A stretch of DNA of 57,517 nt, from the NCBI GenBank assembly GCA_035646835.1, contig DASROP010000278.1, positions 1 to 57,517 of the forward strand. The letters are read 5' to 3'. Under the pieces are notes generated by a model, which saw nothing but the letters and a program-made list of their open reading frames with translations, did not search any database and had not been told where the DNA came from. The stretch comes from Actinomycetales bacterium (GTDB taxonomy: Bacteria > Actinomycetota > Actinomycetes > Actinomycetales > DASROP01). Shown here piece after piece: positions 1-11,284 of this stretch. A program made the position numbers and the translations under genes. The first letter of the stretch is position 1; every line of letters starts with the position of its first letter.

Positions 1-1047
1 GGCCTCGACCCGCTCGAGCACCGACTGCGAGACGAGGCTGCCGACGTCCGCGGAGTAGTCCAGGGCGCGGCCGAGACGCAGTGCCTGCACCCGCCGCAAG
101 AACGCCTCGACGAACGCGGCGGCCACCGCCTCGTGCACGAGCAGGCGCTCGATCGAGATGCAGAGCTGGCCGGCGCTGGCGAAGCACGCGCGGACCGCGC
201 CCTCGGCCGCGACATCGACGTCGACGTCGTCCGCGACGTACATCGCGTTCTTCCCGCCCAGCTCGAGCGAGGCTCCCACCAACCGCTCGCCGGCGCGGGC
301 CGCGACGCCGCGACCGGTCGCCGTGGAGCCGGTGAAGCACACGTAGTCGACGGCGTCGACGACCGCGGGCCCGATCACGCCTCCGTCGCCGACGACCACT
401 CCGAACAGGCCCTCGGGCAGGCCGGCGTCCACCAGTGCCTGCACCGCCCACAACGCCGTCAGTGGCGTCTGACTGTCGGGCTTGAGCACCACGCCGTTGC
501 CCGCCATCAGCGCCGGCAGGGCGTCGGAGATCGCCAGCGTCAGGGGGTAGTTCCAGGGCGCGATGATGCCGACGACACCCTTGGGGTGGCGCACCTCGTG
601 GGTGACGGTCAGGCCGGGGACCAGTCCCGCTCGCCGACGGGGTCGCAGGTAGCCGTGCGCGCGACGGGCGTAGTGCCGCGCCACGATCGCGACGTCGGCG
701 ACCTCCTCGTAGGCGTGCGCGCGTGACTTGCCGCTCTCGAGCTGCACCAGGTCGAGGACCTCGCGCTGACGGTCGAGCACGAGGTCGTGCAACCGCAGCA
801 GCACCTGGCCACGGTCGTGGACCGAGCGCCTCGCCCAGTCGTGCTGGGCCGACCTCGCCTGCTCGACGGCGAGCAGGACGTCGTCCGGCGTCGACTGCGG
901 CACGGCGGCGAGCACCTCACCGGTGAACGGCGCGCGGGTCTCGACCCGGTCGGCCCGGGGTGTCGCCACGACCCGCTCGAGCAGGGGGTCCAACACGGCG
1001 GGGGGCAGTCGCGTCGCGGAGCCTGCGGCGGTCACCCTGGCGGTCAT
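1..1047 (-). CDS. Aldehyde dehydrogenase family protein (succinate-semialdehyde dehydrogenase-like); C-terminus lies beyond the window edge
   Basis: Absent from the ORF track because it has no stop in the window. Minus-strand translation from ATG 1047-1045 stays open to position 1 (349 codons): MTARVTAAGSATRLPP...GVVGIIAPWNYPLTLA...SLELGGKNAMYV...ASAGQLCISIERL. These are the PWNYP, ELGGKN and GQxC catalytic-Cys ALDH motifs. Confidence 0.85.
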   Translation of the reverse strand, partial: MTARVTAAGSATRLPPAVLDPLLERVVATPRADRVETRAPFTGEVLAAVPQSTPDDVLLAVEQARSAQHDWARRSVHDRGQVLLRLHDLVLDRQREVLDLVQLESGKSRAHAYEEVADVAIVARHYARRAHGYLRPRRRAGLVPGLTVTHEVRHPKGVVGIIAPWNYPLTLAISDALPALMAGNGVVLKPDSQTPLTALWAVQALVDAGLPEGLFGVVVGDGGVIGPAVVDAVDYVCFTGSTATGRGVAARAGERLVGASLELGGKNAMYVADDVDVDVAAEGAVRACFASAGQLCISIERLLVHEAVAAAFVEAFLRRVQALRLGRALDYSADVGSLVSQSVLERVEA

Positions 1048-1073
1048 GGCTCGAGGCTACCCGCTGGTAACTA

Positions 1074-2783
1074 CTAGGCGAGGGGAACGATCTCGGGGGC
1101 GCCGAGCCGCGCGGAGTCGGCCGTCTCGTCGTCCCCCTGCTGCTGCGACGCACGCTCGGCGTCCACCCGCGCGAGGTAGTGCGAGATCTCCCGGGCGATC
1201 TGCTCCGAGCTCCACCCCAGGACGCCGGCCATCAGCGACGCCACGTGCGGCGCGCTGGACACCCCGCGGTCCCAGGTCTCGATCGAGATGTGCGTGCGCC
1301 GGGTCAAGACGTCGTCCAGGTGGCGGGCGCCCTCGTGGCTCGCGGCGTAGACCACCTCGGCCGCGAGGTAGTCCTCCGCGCCGTCCAGCGGCTCACCGAG
1401 CAGCTTGTCGCCGGAGACGAGGTCGAGCACCTCGGGCACCAGGGCCCCGTACCGCTGGAGCAGGTGCTCGATCCGCGCCACGTGCAGGCCCGACGACTCG
1501 GCCAGGCGTCGTCGCCCGTTCCACGAGGCCCAGAAGCCCTCGGCGCCTGCCAAGGGGATGCTCGCCGTGCAGCTCGCCGCGACCCTGAAGTCGAGCGCAC
1601 GAGCCACCTCGTCGATCGCGTCCGCGGCCATCACCCGGTAGGTCGTGTACTTGCCACCGGCCACGACGACGAGGCCTGGCACCGGGTGCGCGACCACATG
1701 CTCGCGCGACAGCTGCGACGACTCCTCGCTCTCCCCCGCGAGCAGGGGGCGCAGGCCGGCGTAGACACCCTCGACGTCCTCGCGCGTCAGCGGGGTGGTC
1801 AGCACCCGGTTGACGTGCGTGAGCAGGTAGTCGATGTCGCTGCTGGAGGCCGCCGGGTGTGCCTTGTCCAGCTGCCAGTCGGTGTCGGTGGTGCCGATGA
1901 TCCAGTGCCGTCCCCACGGGATGACGAACAGGACGCTCTTCTCGGTGCGGAGGATGAGCCCGGACTTCGAGAGGATCCGGTCGCGCGGCACGACCAGGTG
2001 GATGCCCTTGGACGAGCGGACCTTGAACTGCCCGCGCTCGCCCACCATCGCCTGGGTCTCGTCCGTCCAGACGCCGGTCGCGTTGACCACCTGGCGGGCA
2101 CGCACCTCGACCTCGTGGCCGTGCTCGAGGTCGCGGACCCGCGCCCCGACGACGCGTTCACCCTCCCGCAGGAAGCCGACCACCCGCGCCCGGCTCGCCA
2201 CGTGCGCGCCGTAGCCGGCCGCCGTCCGCACCACCGCCAGCGTGTGCCGGGCGTCGTCGACCTGCGCGTCGTGGTACTGGACGGCGCCGACGAGGGCGTT
2301 CTTGCGCAAGCTGGGCACCTCGCGCAGGGCCTGGCGCCGGGTCAGGTGCCGGTGGCGGGGCAGCCCGCGCGACGAGCCGCTGGACAGACCCATCGAGTCG
2401 TAGAGGGTCAGGCCGGCGCCCACGTACGGCCGCTCCCAGACCCGGTGGGTGAGCGGGTACACGAACGGCACCGGCCGCACCAGGTGCGGTGCGAGGCGCT
2501 GCAGCAGCAGACCGCGTTCCCGCAGCGCTTCCCGCACGAGCCGGAAGTCGAGCATCTCCAGGTACCGGAGCCCGCCGTGGATCAGCTTGCTCGACCGGCT
2601 CGACGTGCCGGACGCGAAGTCGCGCGCCTCGACCAGGCCGACGTCCAGGCCGCGCGTGACCGCGTCGAGGGCGCACCCGGCGCCGACCACCCCGCCCCCG
2701 ACCACGAGGACGTCGAGCTCGCGCGACGCCATCGCCTCGAGCGCCTCGTCGCGCCCGGTGGGTCCGAGAGTCATGGTCGTCAT
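1074..2783 (-). CDS. glpD: FAD-dependent glycerol-3-phosphate dehydrogenase (GlpD family)
   Basis: ORF 1074..3008 trimmed to ATG 2783 (MTTMTLGPTGRDEALE...). Contains the DVLVVGGGVVGAGCALDAVTRGL dinucleotide fold and the GTSSRSSKLIHGGLRYLE motif. The ATG overlaps the TGA of the upstream gene (ATGA at 2780-2783). Confidence 0.88.
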   Translation of the reverse strand: MTTMTLGPTGRDEALEAMASRELDVLVVGGGVVGAGCALDAVTRGLDVGLVEARDFASGTSSRSSKLIHGGLRYLEMLDFRLVREALRERGLLLQRLAPHLVRPVPFVYPLTHRVWERPYVGAGLTLYDSMGLSSGSSRGLPRHRHLTRRQALREVPSLRKNALVGAVQYHDAQVDDARHTLAVVRTAAGYGAHVASRARVVGFLREGERVVGARVRDLEHGHEVEVRARQVVNATGVWTDETQAMVGERGQFKVRSSKGIHLVVPRDRILSKSGLILRTEKSVLFVIPWGRHWIIGTTDTDWQLDKAHPAASSSDIDYLLTHVNRVLTTPLTREDVEGVYAGLRPLLAGESEESSQLSREHVVAHPVPGLVVVAGGKYTTYRVMAADAIDEVARALDFRVAASCTASIPLAGAEGFWASWNGRRRLAESSGLHVARIEHLLQRYGALVPEVLDLVSGDKLLGEPLDGAEDYLAAEVVYAASHEGARHLDDVLTRRTHISIETWDRGVSSAPHVASLMAGVLGWSSEQIAREISHYLARVDAERASQQQGDDETADSARLGAPEIVPLA

Positions 2784-3904
2784 GTCGGCTGGTACGGCGA
2801 GACGACGACCTCGACCCTCTGGAACTCCTTCAGGTCGGAGTACCCGGTGGTCGCCATCGCACGGCGAAGCGCCTGCACCAGGTTGGTGGTGCCGTCGGCG
2901 GCCCGCCCCGGCCCGAGAAGGATCTCCTCCAGCGGTGCGACCGTGCCCACCTGGACCCGCTCCCCCCTGGGCAGCTGCGGGTGGTGGGCCTCGCTGCCCC
3001 AGTGCCAACCACGGCCCGGAGCCTCGACCGCCCGGGCCAGCGCGGCGCCGAGCATCACGGCGTCCGCCCCGCAGGCGACCGCCTTGACGACGTCGCCGGA
3101 GGTGCCGAGCCCGCCGTCCGCGATCAGATGCACGTAGCGGCCGCCCGACTCGTCCATGTAGTCACGCCGCGCCGCCGCCACGTCGGCGACCGCGGTGGCC
3201 ATCGGCGCGTGGATCCCTAGCGTGGTGCGCGTCGTGTGCGCGGCGCCGCCCCCGAAGCCGACGAGGACGCCGGCCGCCCCGGTCCGCATCAGGTGCAGGG
3301 CGGCCGTGTAGGTCGCGCAGCCGCCGACGATGACCGGCACGTCGAGCTCGTAGATGAACCGCTTGAGGTTCAGCGGCTCCGCCTGGCCGCTCACGTGCTC
3401 GGCCGAGACCGTGGTGCCGCGGATCACGAACAGGTCCACACCGGCGTCCACCACGGTCTTCCACAGCTGCTGCGTGCGCTGCGGCGACAGTGCACCCGCC
3501 ACCGTCACCCCGGCCTCCCGCACCTCCCGGAGCCGCTGGACGATCAGGTCGGGCTGGATGTCCGCCGAGTAGATCTCCTGCATCCGCCCGGTGGCCTGCG
3601 CCGGCTCCAGCGCGGCGATCTCGGCGAGCAACGGCTCGGGCTCGGGGTAGCGCGCCCACAGGCCCTCGAGGTCGACGACACCGAGACCGCCGAGCTTGCC
3701 GAGGGCGATCGCTGTCGCCGGCGAGACCACCGAGTCCATCGGCGCCGCGAGCACCGGCAGCTCGAAGTGGTACGCGTCGATCTGCCAGGCGACCGAGACC
3801 TCCTCGGGGTCGCGCGTGCGCCGGCTGGGGACGATGGCGACGTCGTCGAACGAGTACGCACGCCGTCCCCGCTTGCCGCGGCCGATCTCGATCTCGCTGG
3901 TCAC
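2780..3904 (-). CDS. GuaB3-type IMP dehydrogenase-related protein (TIM barrel, no CBS pair)
   Basis: 374-aa ORF MTSEIEIGRGKRGRRAYSFDDVAIVPSRRTRDPEEV...PVLAAPMDSV...; IMPDH-like barrel without a CBS insert. It lies directly downstream of guaB, as in other actinobacteria. GTG start. Confidence 0.9.
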   Translation of the reverse strand: MTSEIEIGRGKRGRRAYSFDDVAIVPSRRTRDPEEVSVAWQIDAYHFELPVLAAPMDSVVSPATAIALGKLGGLGVVDLEGLWARYPEPEPLLAEIAALEPAQATGRMQEIYSADIQPDLIVQRLREVREAGVTVAGALSPQRTQQLWKTVVDAGVDLFVIRGTTVSAEHVSGQAEPLNLKRFIYELDVPVIVGGCATYTAALHLMRTGAAGVLVGFGGGAAHTTRTTLGIHAPMATAVADVAAARRDYMDESGGRYVHLIADGGLGTSGDVVKAVACGADAVMLGAALARAVEAPGRGWHWGSEAHHPQLPRGERVQVGTVAPLEEILLGPGRAADGTTNLVQALRRAMATTGYSDLKEFQRVEVVVSPYQPT

Positions 3905-3941
3905 CGCGCCAGGCTACCGGCGATGCTCCGGCCGACCGGCC

Positions 3942-4032
3942 TTGCTCCCGTGACCGACGCTTGCTCCCGGCACCATCCGTTTCGCAGCCCGAAACGGGTG
4001 TCGGCGGGAGCAAACGTTGCTGGTGGGAGCAA
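3942..4032. repeat. Nested palindromic intergenic repeat (TTGCTCCCG / CGGGAGCAA arms), copy A
   Basis: Left arms TTGCTCCCG at 3942-3950 and 3961-3969. Central hairpin CCGTTTCG (3977-3984) / CGAAACGG (3990-3997). Inverted arms CGGGAGCAA at 4005-4013 and GGGAGCAA at 4025-4032. The 18-mer GGGTGTCGGCGGGAGCAA (3996-4013) is identical to 26920-26937. Begins 8 nt after the guaB stop. Confidence 0.55.
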
Positions 4033-4039
4033 AGGGGGG

Positions 4040-5545
<1,506 letters not shown>

Positions 5546-5571
5546 CTAGCCGCTGCGACCGCGCACGAGGT

Positions 5572-6177
5572 TCAGCGGACGATGCGCAGGCGGTACCCGA
5601 CCGCGACCGCCTGGGCACGGTCGGCGGCACCCAGCTTGCGGAACAGCCGGCGCGCGTGGGTCTTGACGGTGTCCTCGGAGAGGAACAGCTCCTTGCCGAT
5701 CTCGGCGTTGCTGCGTCCCCGGCTCATCCCGGTCAGCACCTGCACCTCGCGCTCGGTCAGCGCCGGGGCGCCTCCCTCGACGCGGCGGGGCGCTCCGGAC
5801 GGCGAGCCGGCGGTCTCGGTGATCACGTGCAGGACGGCGGCAGCCAGCTCGTCGCGGGCGGCGTCCTTGACGACGTAGCCGCGGGCACCGCACGAGACGG
5901 CACGCGCGACGCCGTCGGCGTCCTCGGCGACCGTGAGCATGACCACGTTGGCCTCGGGGTGACGCGACAGCAGCCGTCGCGTGGCCTCGACGCCACCGAG
6001 GCCTGGCATGCGTACGTCCATCAGCACCACGGACGGCCGTTCGACCGGCCAGCGCACCAGGGCCTCCTCGCCGGAGGAGGCCCCCACCACGCGGGTCACG
6101 CCGGGGACGCCGGCGACGGCGCGGCGGAGCCCCTCGCGCACGAGCGGGGAGTCGTCGCAGACGAGCACCGTCGACAC
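5572..6177 (-). CDS. NarL/LuxR-family response regulator, BldM-like (no kinase gene nearby)
   Basis: ORF 5572..6303 trimmed to GTG 6177 (VSTVLVCDDSPLVREGL...), with AGGGGG about 10 nt upstream. Receiver domain (CDD..., VVLMDVRMPGLGG) plus LuxR HTH (TEREVQVLTGMSRGRSNAEIGKELFLSEDTVKTHARRLFRKLGA). Sequence and position near a whiD-like gene recall Streptomyces BldM (from memory). Confidence 0.85.
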   Translation of the reverse strand: MSTVLVCDDSPLVREGLRRAVAGVPGVTRVVGASSGEEALVRWPVERPSVVLMDVRMPGLGGVEATRRLLSRHPEANVVMLTVAEDADGVARAVSCGARGYVVKDAARDELAAAVLHVITETAGSPSGAPRRVEGGAPALTEREVQVLTGMSRGRSNAEIGKELFLSEDTVKTHARRLFRKLGAADRAQAVAVGYRLRIVR

Positions 6178-6340
6178 TCCAGCACCCCCTTGCGGCCGTG
6201 GCGGCCCGCGGGCGAGCCCTCGATGCCGTGGTCGGCGACGGCGCCGGGCTGGACTCGCCGTCCCCAGAGGTGTCGGCACGCGGGCCCGCCAGCCTGAGCC
6301 CACGTCCGGTGCCGATCCATCCGGCCCCGGATCCTGACGG

Positions 6341-7345
6341 TCAGGGCAGGACGGTCAGGGCCACCTGCTCGACCGCCTGGGTCAGCGACGTGACCCGCTG
6401 CACCGGACGGGGCAGGCGCACCCGGGCCCATCCCGGCCCGCCCACGAGCAGCCGCGGGGGCGGGCGCAGTCGGGGCAGGTCGGTCAGCGTCCCGGCGTCG
6501 TCGACGGGCATCGTGGCGTGCAGGACGACGACGGCCGGGCCGGTGCGGCGGACGGCGTCGCACAGGGCATGCCGCGGCACGCTGGCACCGAGCACCCGCA
6601 CCGTCACCCCCCGCTCCTCCAGGGCAGCCGCCAGCACGTGCACCGGCAGGGAGTGCCGCTCGTCACCGGCACACGCGACCAGGGCCGTCGCCGACGTCCG
6701 GCGGGGCACGTCTGCGGGGACGGCGCGCAGCGACGACAGCAGCGCCTCGCTGAACAGGTGCTCGACGTCGACGCCGGCACGGGTCGTCGCCCAGCGCCGG
6801 CCGATGGCCCCCAGCACCGGCCGCGCGAGCTCCTCCCACGCCTCGACCACGCCGTCCCGCCCGATCGCCTCCTCGAGGATCCGGCGGCACGCCGCGCCGT
6901 CCAGGCTCATGGCCGCCCGCGCCAGGCCGCGTGCGGCGGGCCCCGAGCTCGGCATGGCCACCACCCGGCCGCCGCCGGCACGCCCGAACTCCTGAGAGGC
7001 GTCGATCCCGCGCCCCGCGTCGTGCTGTCGGGGCAGGCCGGTCACGCGGGAGGGGGAATCCTCCGCATCGGTGTCGCGCGTGCCGAGGGCGGTCCGGGCC
7101 GCATCGGACGGCGCCACCCCCTGCAGGGTCAGCCGCCGCATCACGACCAGCCGGGCCAGGTCGTCGTCCGAGTACTGCCGGTGGGAGCCCGCCACGTGGG
7201 CGCTGGGCCCGAGCCCGTACCTGCGCGCCCAGGTCCGCAACGTGGCCGGTGCCACGCCGAGGCGGCGCGCCACCACGGCGACCCGGAGCGGCGGCGAGGG
7301 CGAGGCGTCCGGCGCCACCACCGGCCTCCTGCTCGACGACGGCAT
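6341..7345 (-). CDS. MerR-family regulator with C-terminal B12-binding-type domain (CarH/LitR-like)
   Basis: ORF 6341..7825 trimmed to ATG 7345 (MPSSSRRPVVAPD...). MerR HTH: LRVAVVARRLGVAPATLRTWARRYGL...HRQYSDDDLARLVVMRRL. Helical bundle with W-x9-EH (GRRWATTRAGVDVEHLFSE). Rossmann-like ALVACAGDERHSLPVHVLAAALEERGVTVRVLG (ExHxxG-type motif with G replaced by P). Confidence 0.8.
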   Translation of the reverse strand: MPSSSRRPVVAPDASPSPPLRVAVVARRLGVAPATLRTWARRYGLGPSAHVAGSHRQYSDDDLARLVVMRRLTLQGVAPSDAARTALGTRDTDAEDSPSRVTGLPRQHDAGRGIDASQEFGRAGGGRVVAMPSSGPAARGLARAAMSLDGAACRRILEEAIGRDGVVEAWEELARPVLGAIGRRWATTRAGVDVEHLFSEALLSSLRAVPADVPRRTSATALVACAGDERHSLPVHVLAAALEERGVTVRVLGASVPRHALCDAVRRTGPAVVVLHATMPVDDAGTLTDLPRLRPPPRLLVGGPGWARVRLPRPVQRVTSLTQAVEQVALTVLP

Positions 7346-7430
7346 GTCGGCATTCTCTGTCCACCGGGCGGCCCGTGCCACTCGGCCCGCCGACCCGGGA
7401 CCAGATATTGAACAACCTTTGCCTCGGGTC

Positions 7431-7459
7431 TTGAACAACCTCTGGCGCGGTTGTAGCGT
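7431..7459 (+). promoter_or_regulatory. Candidate sigma-A-type promoter of the whiB-like gene
   Basis: TTGAAC (7431-7436), 17-nt spacer, TAGCGT (7454-7459, fits actinobacterial TANNNT). Lies about 55 nt upstream of ATG 7514. AAGGAG RBS at 7502-7507. Confidence 0.4.
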
Positions 7460-7513
7460 CATCGACGAGTCACCACGAACGTCCCGGACTCGGGGACACC
7501 AAAGGAGACGTCG

Positions 7514-7813
7514 ATGGCGGAGATCTCGCGCTTGCCCGGCCCGGTGGCCGACCTCTGGGACTGGCAGCTGGAGGGTGCCTGCCGGGAGAGCGACACCACC
7601 CTGTTCTTCCACCCCGAGGGCGAGCGTGGCCCCTCGCGGCGGGGGCGCGACGCCACCGCTCAGGCCATCTGCGCGGCCTGCCCGGTGATCGCCGAGTGCC
7701 GACGGCACGCGCTGGCGGTCAAGGAGCCGTACGGCGTCTGGGGCGGACTGACCGAGGACGAGCGCGAGGAGGTCTACGCCGCACGCCGCGACGCAGGAAC
7801 CCGCGCCAGCTGA
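7514..7813 (+). CDS. whiB: WhiB-family Fe-S transcriptional regulator (WhiD/WhiB3-like)
   Basis: 99 aa MAEISRLPGPVADLWDWQLEGACRESDTTLFFHPEGERG...ICAACPVIAECRRHALAVKEPYGVWGGLTEDERE. Has the four-Cys C-Xn-C-X2-C-X5-C pattern and the GVWGG turn. Strong RBS. Confidence 0.95.
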   Translation: MAEISRLPGPVADLWDWQLEGACRESDTTLFFHPEGERGPSRRGRDATAQAICAACPVIAECRRHALAVKEPYGVWGGLTEDEREEVYAARRDAGTRAS

Positions 7814-7831
7814 CCCGCGCCCCACGTGTCG

Positions 7832-9884
<2,053 letters not shown>

Positions 9885-10005
9885 GAGCGGACCTCCCCTT
9901 CGCAGTTCGCGGGTTGGCTTTCTGAGGGACTTGACGTGCTGGTGTCGCGCTGCCCCGGCGCTGGCGCCGTCCGTCGTCGCGGTGCCGTCCGGCGCCGCCG
10001 AGGCG

Positions 10006-10032
10006 TTGGCACCCTCATGGTGAGAGTGCCAG
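10006..10032. promoter_or_regulatory. CIRCE-like HrcA operator (distal half-degenerate copy)
   Basis: TTGGCACCC-N9-GAGTGCCAG, compared with consensus TTAGCACTC-N9-GAGTGCTAA. Lies in the groES 5' leader region. Confidence 0.75.
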
Positions 10033-10036
10033 CGTG

Positions 10037-10066
10037 ACGTTAGCACTCTGTCAATCGGAGTGCCAA
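10037..10066 (-). promoter_or_regulatory. Candidate groES-groEL promoter embedded in CIRCE
   Basis: Minus strand: TTGGCA (rc of 10061-10066), 18-nt spacer, TAACGT (rc of 10037-10042). The -35 and -10 fall on the two CIRCE arms. The second CIRCE then lies just downstream of the predicted start site. Confidence 0.45.
10040..10066. promoter_or_regulatory. CIRCE HrcA operator
   Basis: TTAGCACTC (10040-10048)-N9-GAGTGCCAA (10058-10066). Near-consensus CIRCE upstream of groES-groEL. Confidence 0.9.
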
Positions 10067-10105
10067 CGCCGCCCCCCGCCCTCTCGTCCTGCCAGACTGG
10101 CGGGT

Positions 10106-11284
10106 GTGGACGACGCGGGGCTCTCGGCGCTGATGACGCCCGGCGGCTGGACCCTGCTCGAGGCGCTGCCGCCCTACGACGCGTCGACGGCGATCGCCCT
10201 GGGCCAGCGACTCCGCGACGACGGCTTGGACCCGACCCTGGTGGCGGCGGCGATGACCCAGTCGCGGCTTCGCGCCGCCGGCCGGACCAAGTTCGGTCCG
10301 TTCGCCGACGGGATGCTGTTCACACCGGACGGCCTCGAGCAGGCGACACGACTGGAGGTCGCCGCCCGGCACGCCCATCGGTTCGCCGCCGCGGGCGTCG
10401 CCGTCGTGGCCGATCTGGGGTGCGGCATCGGCGGTGACGCGATGGCCCTCGCCGGTCTCGAGCGTGAGGTGGTCGCCGTCGACCACGACGAGATGACGGC
10501 CGCCGTGGCGACGGTCAACCTACGGCACTGGAGCGAGGCCGTCGTCCGCTGTGAGGACGTCACCACCACGTCGCTCGACGGGGTCGGAGGCGCCTACCTC
10601 GACCCGTCGCGCCGAACCGCCACCGGGCGGCGGGTGCTCGACCCGCGCAAGGCGTCGCCGCCGCTGTCCTTCGTGACTGAGCTGGCGGCCCGTCTGCCAG
10701 CGGTGGGGGCGAAGGTGGCGCCCGGAATCGCGCACGCCCTGGTCCCGGCCGGCGCCGAGGCGCAGTGGGTCTCGGTGGACGGCGACGTCGTCGAGGCAGG
10801 GCTGTGGTTCGGCCTGCTGGCCAGGGACGGCGTCGCCCGCAGCGCCGTCGTCCTGCGGGACGGGCAGGCGCACCATGCCGACGACCGGGACATGCCCTCG
10901 CCGACCGTGGGTGCGGTCGGTGGCTACCTGTACGAGCCGGACGGGGCGGTGATCCGGGCCGGCCTCGTGGGCCAGGTGGTGGCCGCCGTCCACGGGCGCC
11001 TACTGGACCGCTCCATCGCCTACGTCACCACCGACGCCCGCCGTGACACCCCCCTGGCCCGCGGCTACGCCGTCGACGACGTGCTGCCGTTCGGCGTCAA
11101 GTCCTTGCGCACCTACCTGCGCGACCGCGGTGTCGGCCGCGTCGAGATCAAGAAGCGCGGGACGGCCGTCACGCCCGAGCAGCTGCGTCGTCAGCTGAGG
11201 CTGTCCGGCGACGCCTCGGCGACGCTCGTGCTGACGCGGGTGGCGGGCGCACAGTCGGTCCTCGTCTGCCACCCCCTCACCTGA
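10106..11284 (+). CDS. Class I SAM-dependent methyltransferase with THUMP-like C-terminal domain
   Basis: ORF 10034..11284. Its first 24 codons overlap the CIRCE/promoter region, so I start at GTG 10106 (ATG 10133 is an alternative). Contains the [20 protein letters not shown]-binding motif and a conserved C-terminal ...[20 protein letters not shown]. Confidence 0.75.
   Translation: MDDAGLSALMTPGGWTLLEALPPYDASTAIALGQRLRDDGLDPTLVAAAMTQSRLRAAGRTKFGPFADGMLFTPDGLEQATRLEVAARHAHRFAAAGVAVVADLGCGIGGDAMALAGLEREVVAVDHDEMTAAVATVNLRHWSEAVVRCEDVTTTSLDGVGGAYLDPSRRTATGRRVLDPRKASPPLSFVTELAARLPAVGAKVAPGIAHALVPAGAEAQWVSVDGDVVEAGLWFGLLARDGVARSAVVLRDGQAHHADDRDMPSPTVGAVGGYLYEPDGAVIRAGLVGQVVAAVHGRLLDRSIAYVTTDARRDTPLARGYAVDDVLPFGVKSLRTYLRDRGVGRVEIKKRGTAVTPEQLRRQLRLSGDASATLVLTRVAGAQSVLVCHPLT

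Noticed and set aside
81-1077. A cluster of Arg/Pro-rich ORFs on both strands at the window start (81..335, 133..726, 609..920, 723..926, 787..1077).
   Set aside because: All are out of frame with, or antisense to, the edge-truncated aldehyde dehydrogenase, which has clear catalytic motifs.
6341-7825. Long N-terminal extensions of ORF-track entries. Examples: 6341..7825, 14438..15931, 15499..16350, 28698..29696, 31634..32563, 32302..33129, 34784..36508, 37473..38462, 42863..43831, 44890..46182, 46321..46815, 1074..3008, 5572..6303, 9588..10046, 35350..36693.
   Set aside because: The extensions run through the upstream gene or through promoter regions in another frame, and are Arg/Pro-rich. 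Conserved N-termini, RBS spacing and stop/start coupling identify internal starts, so the features were trimmed rather than reported as long proteins.
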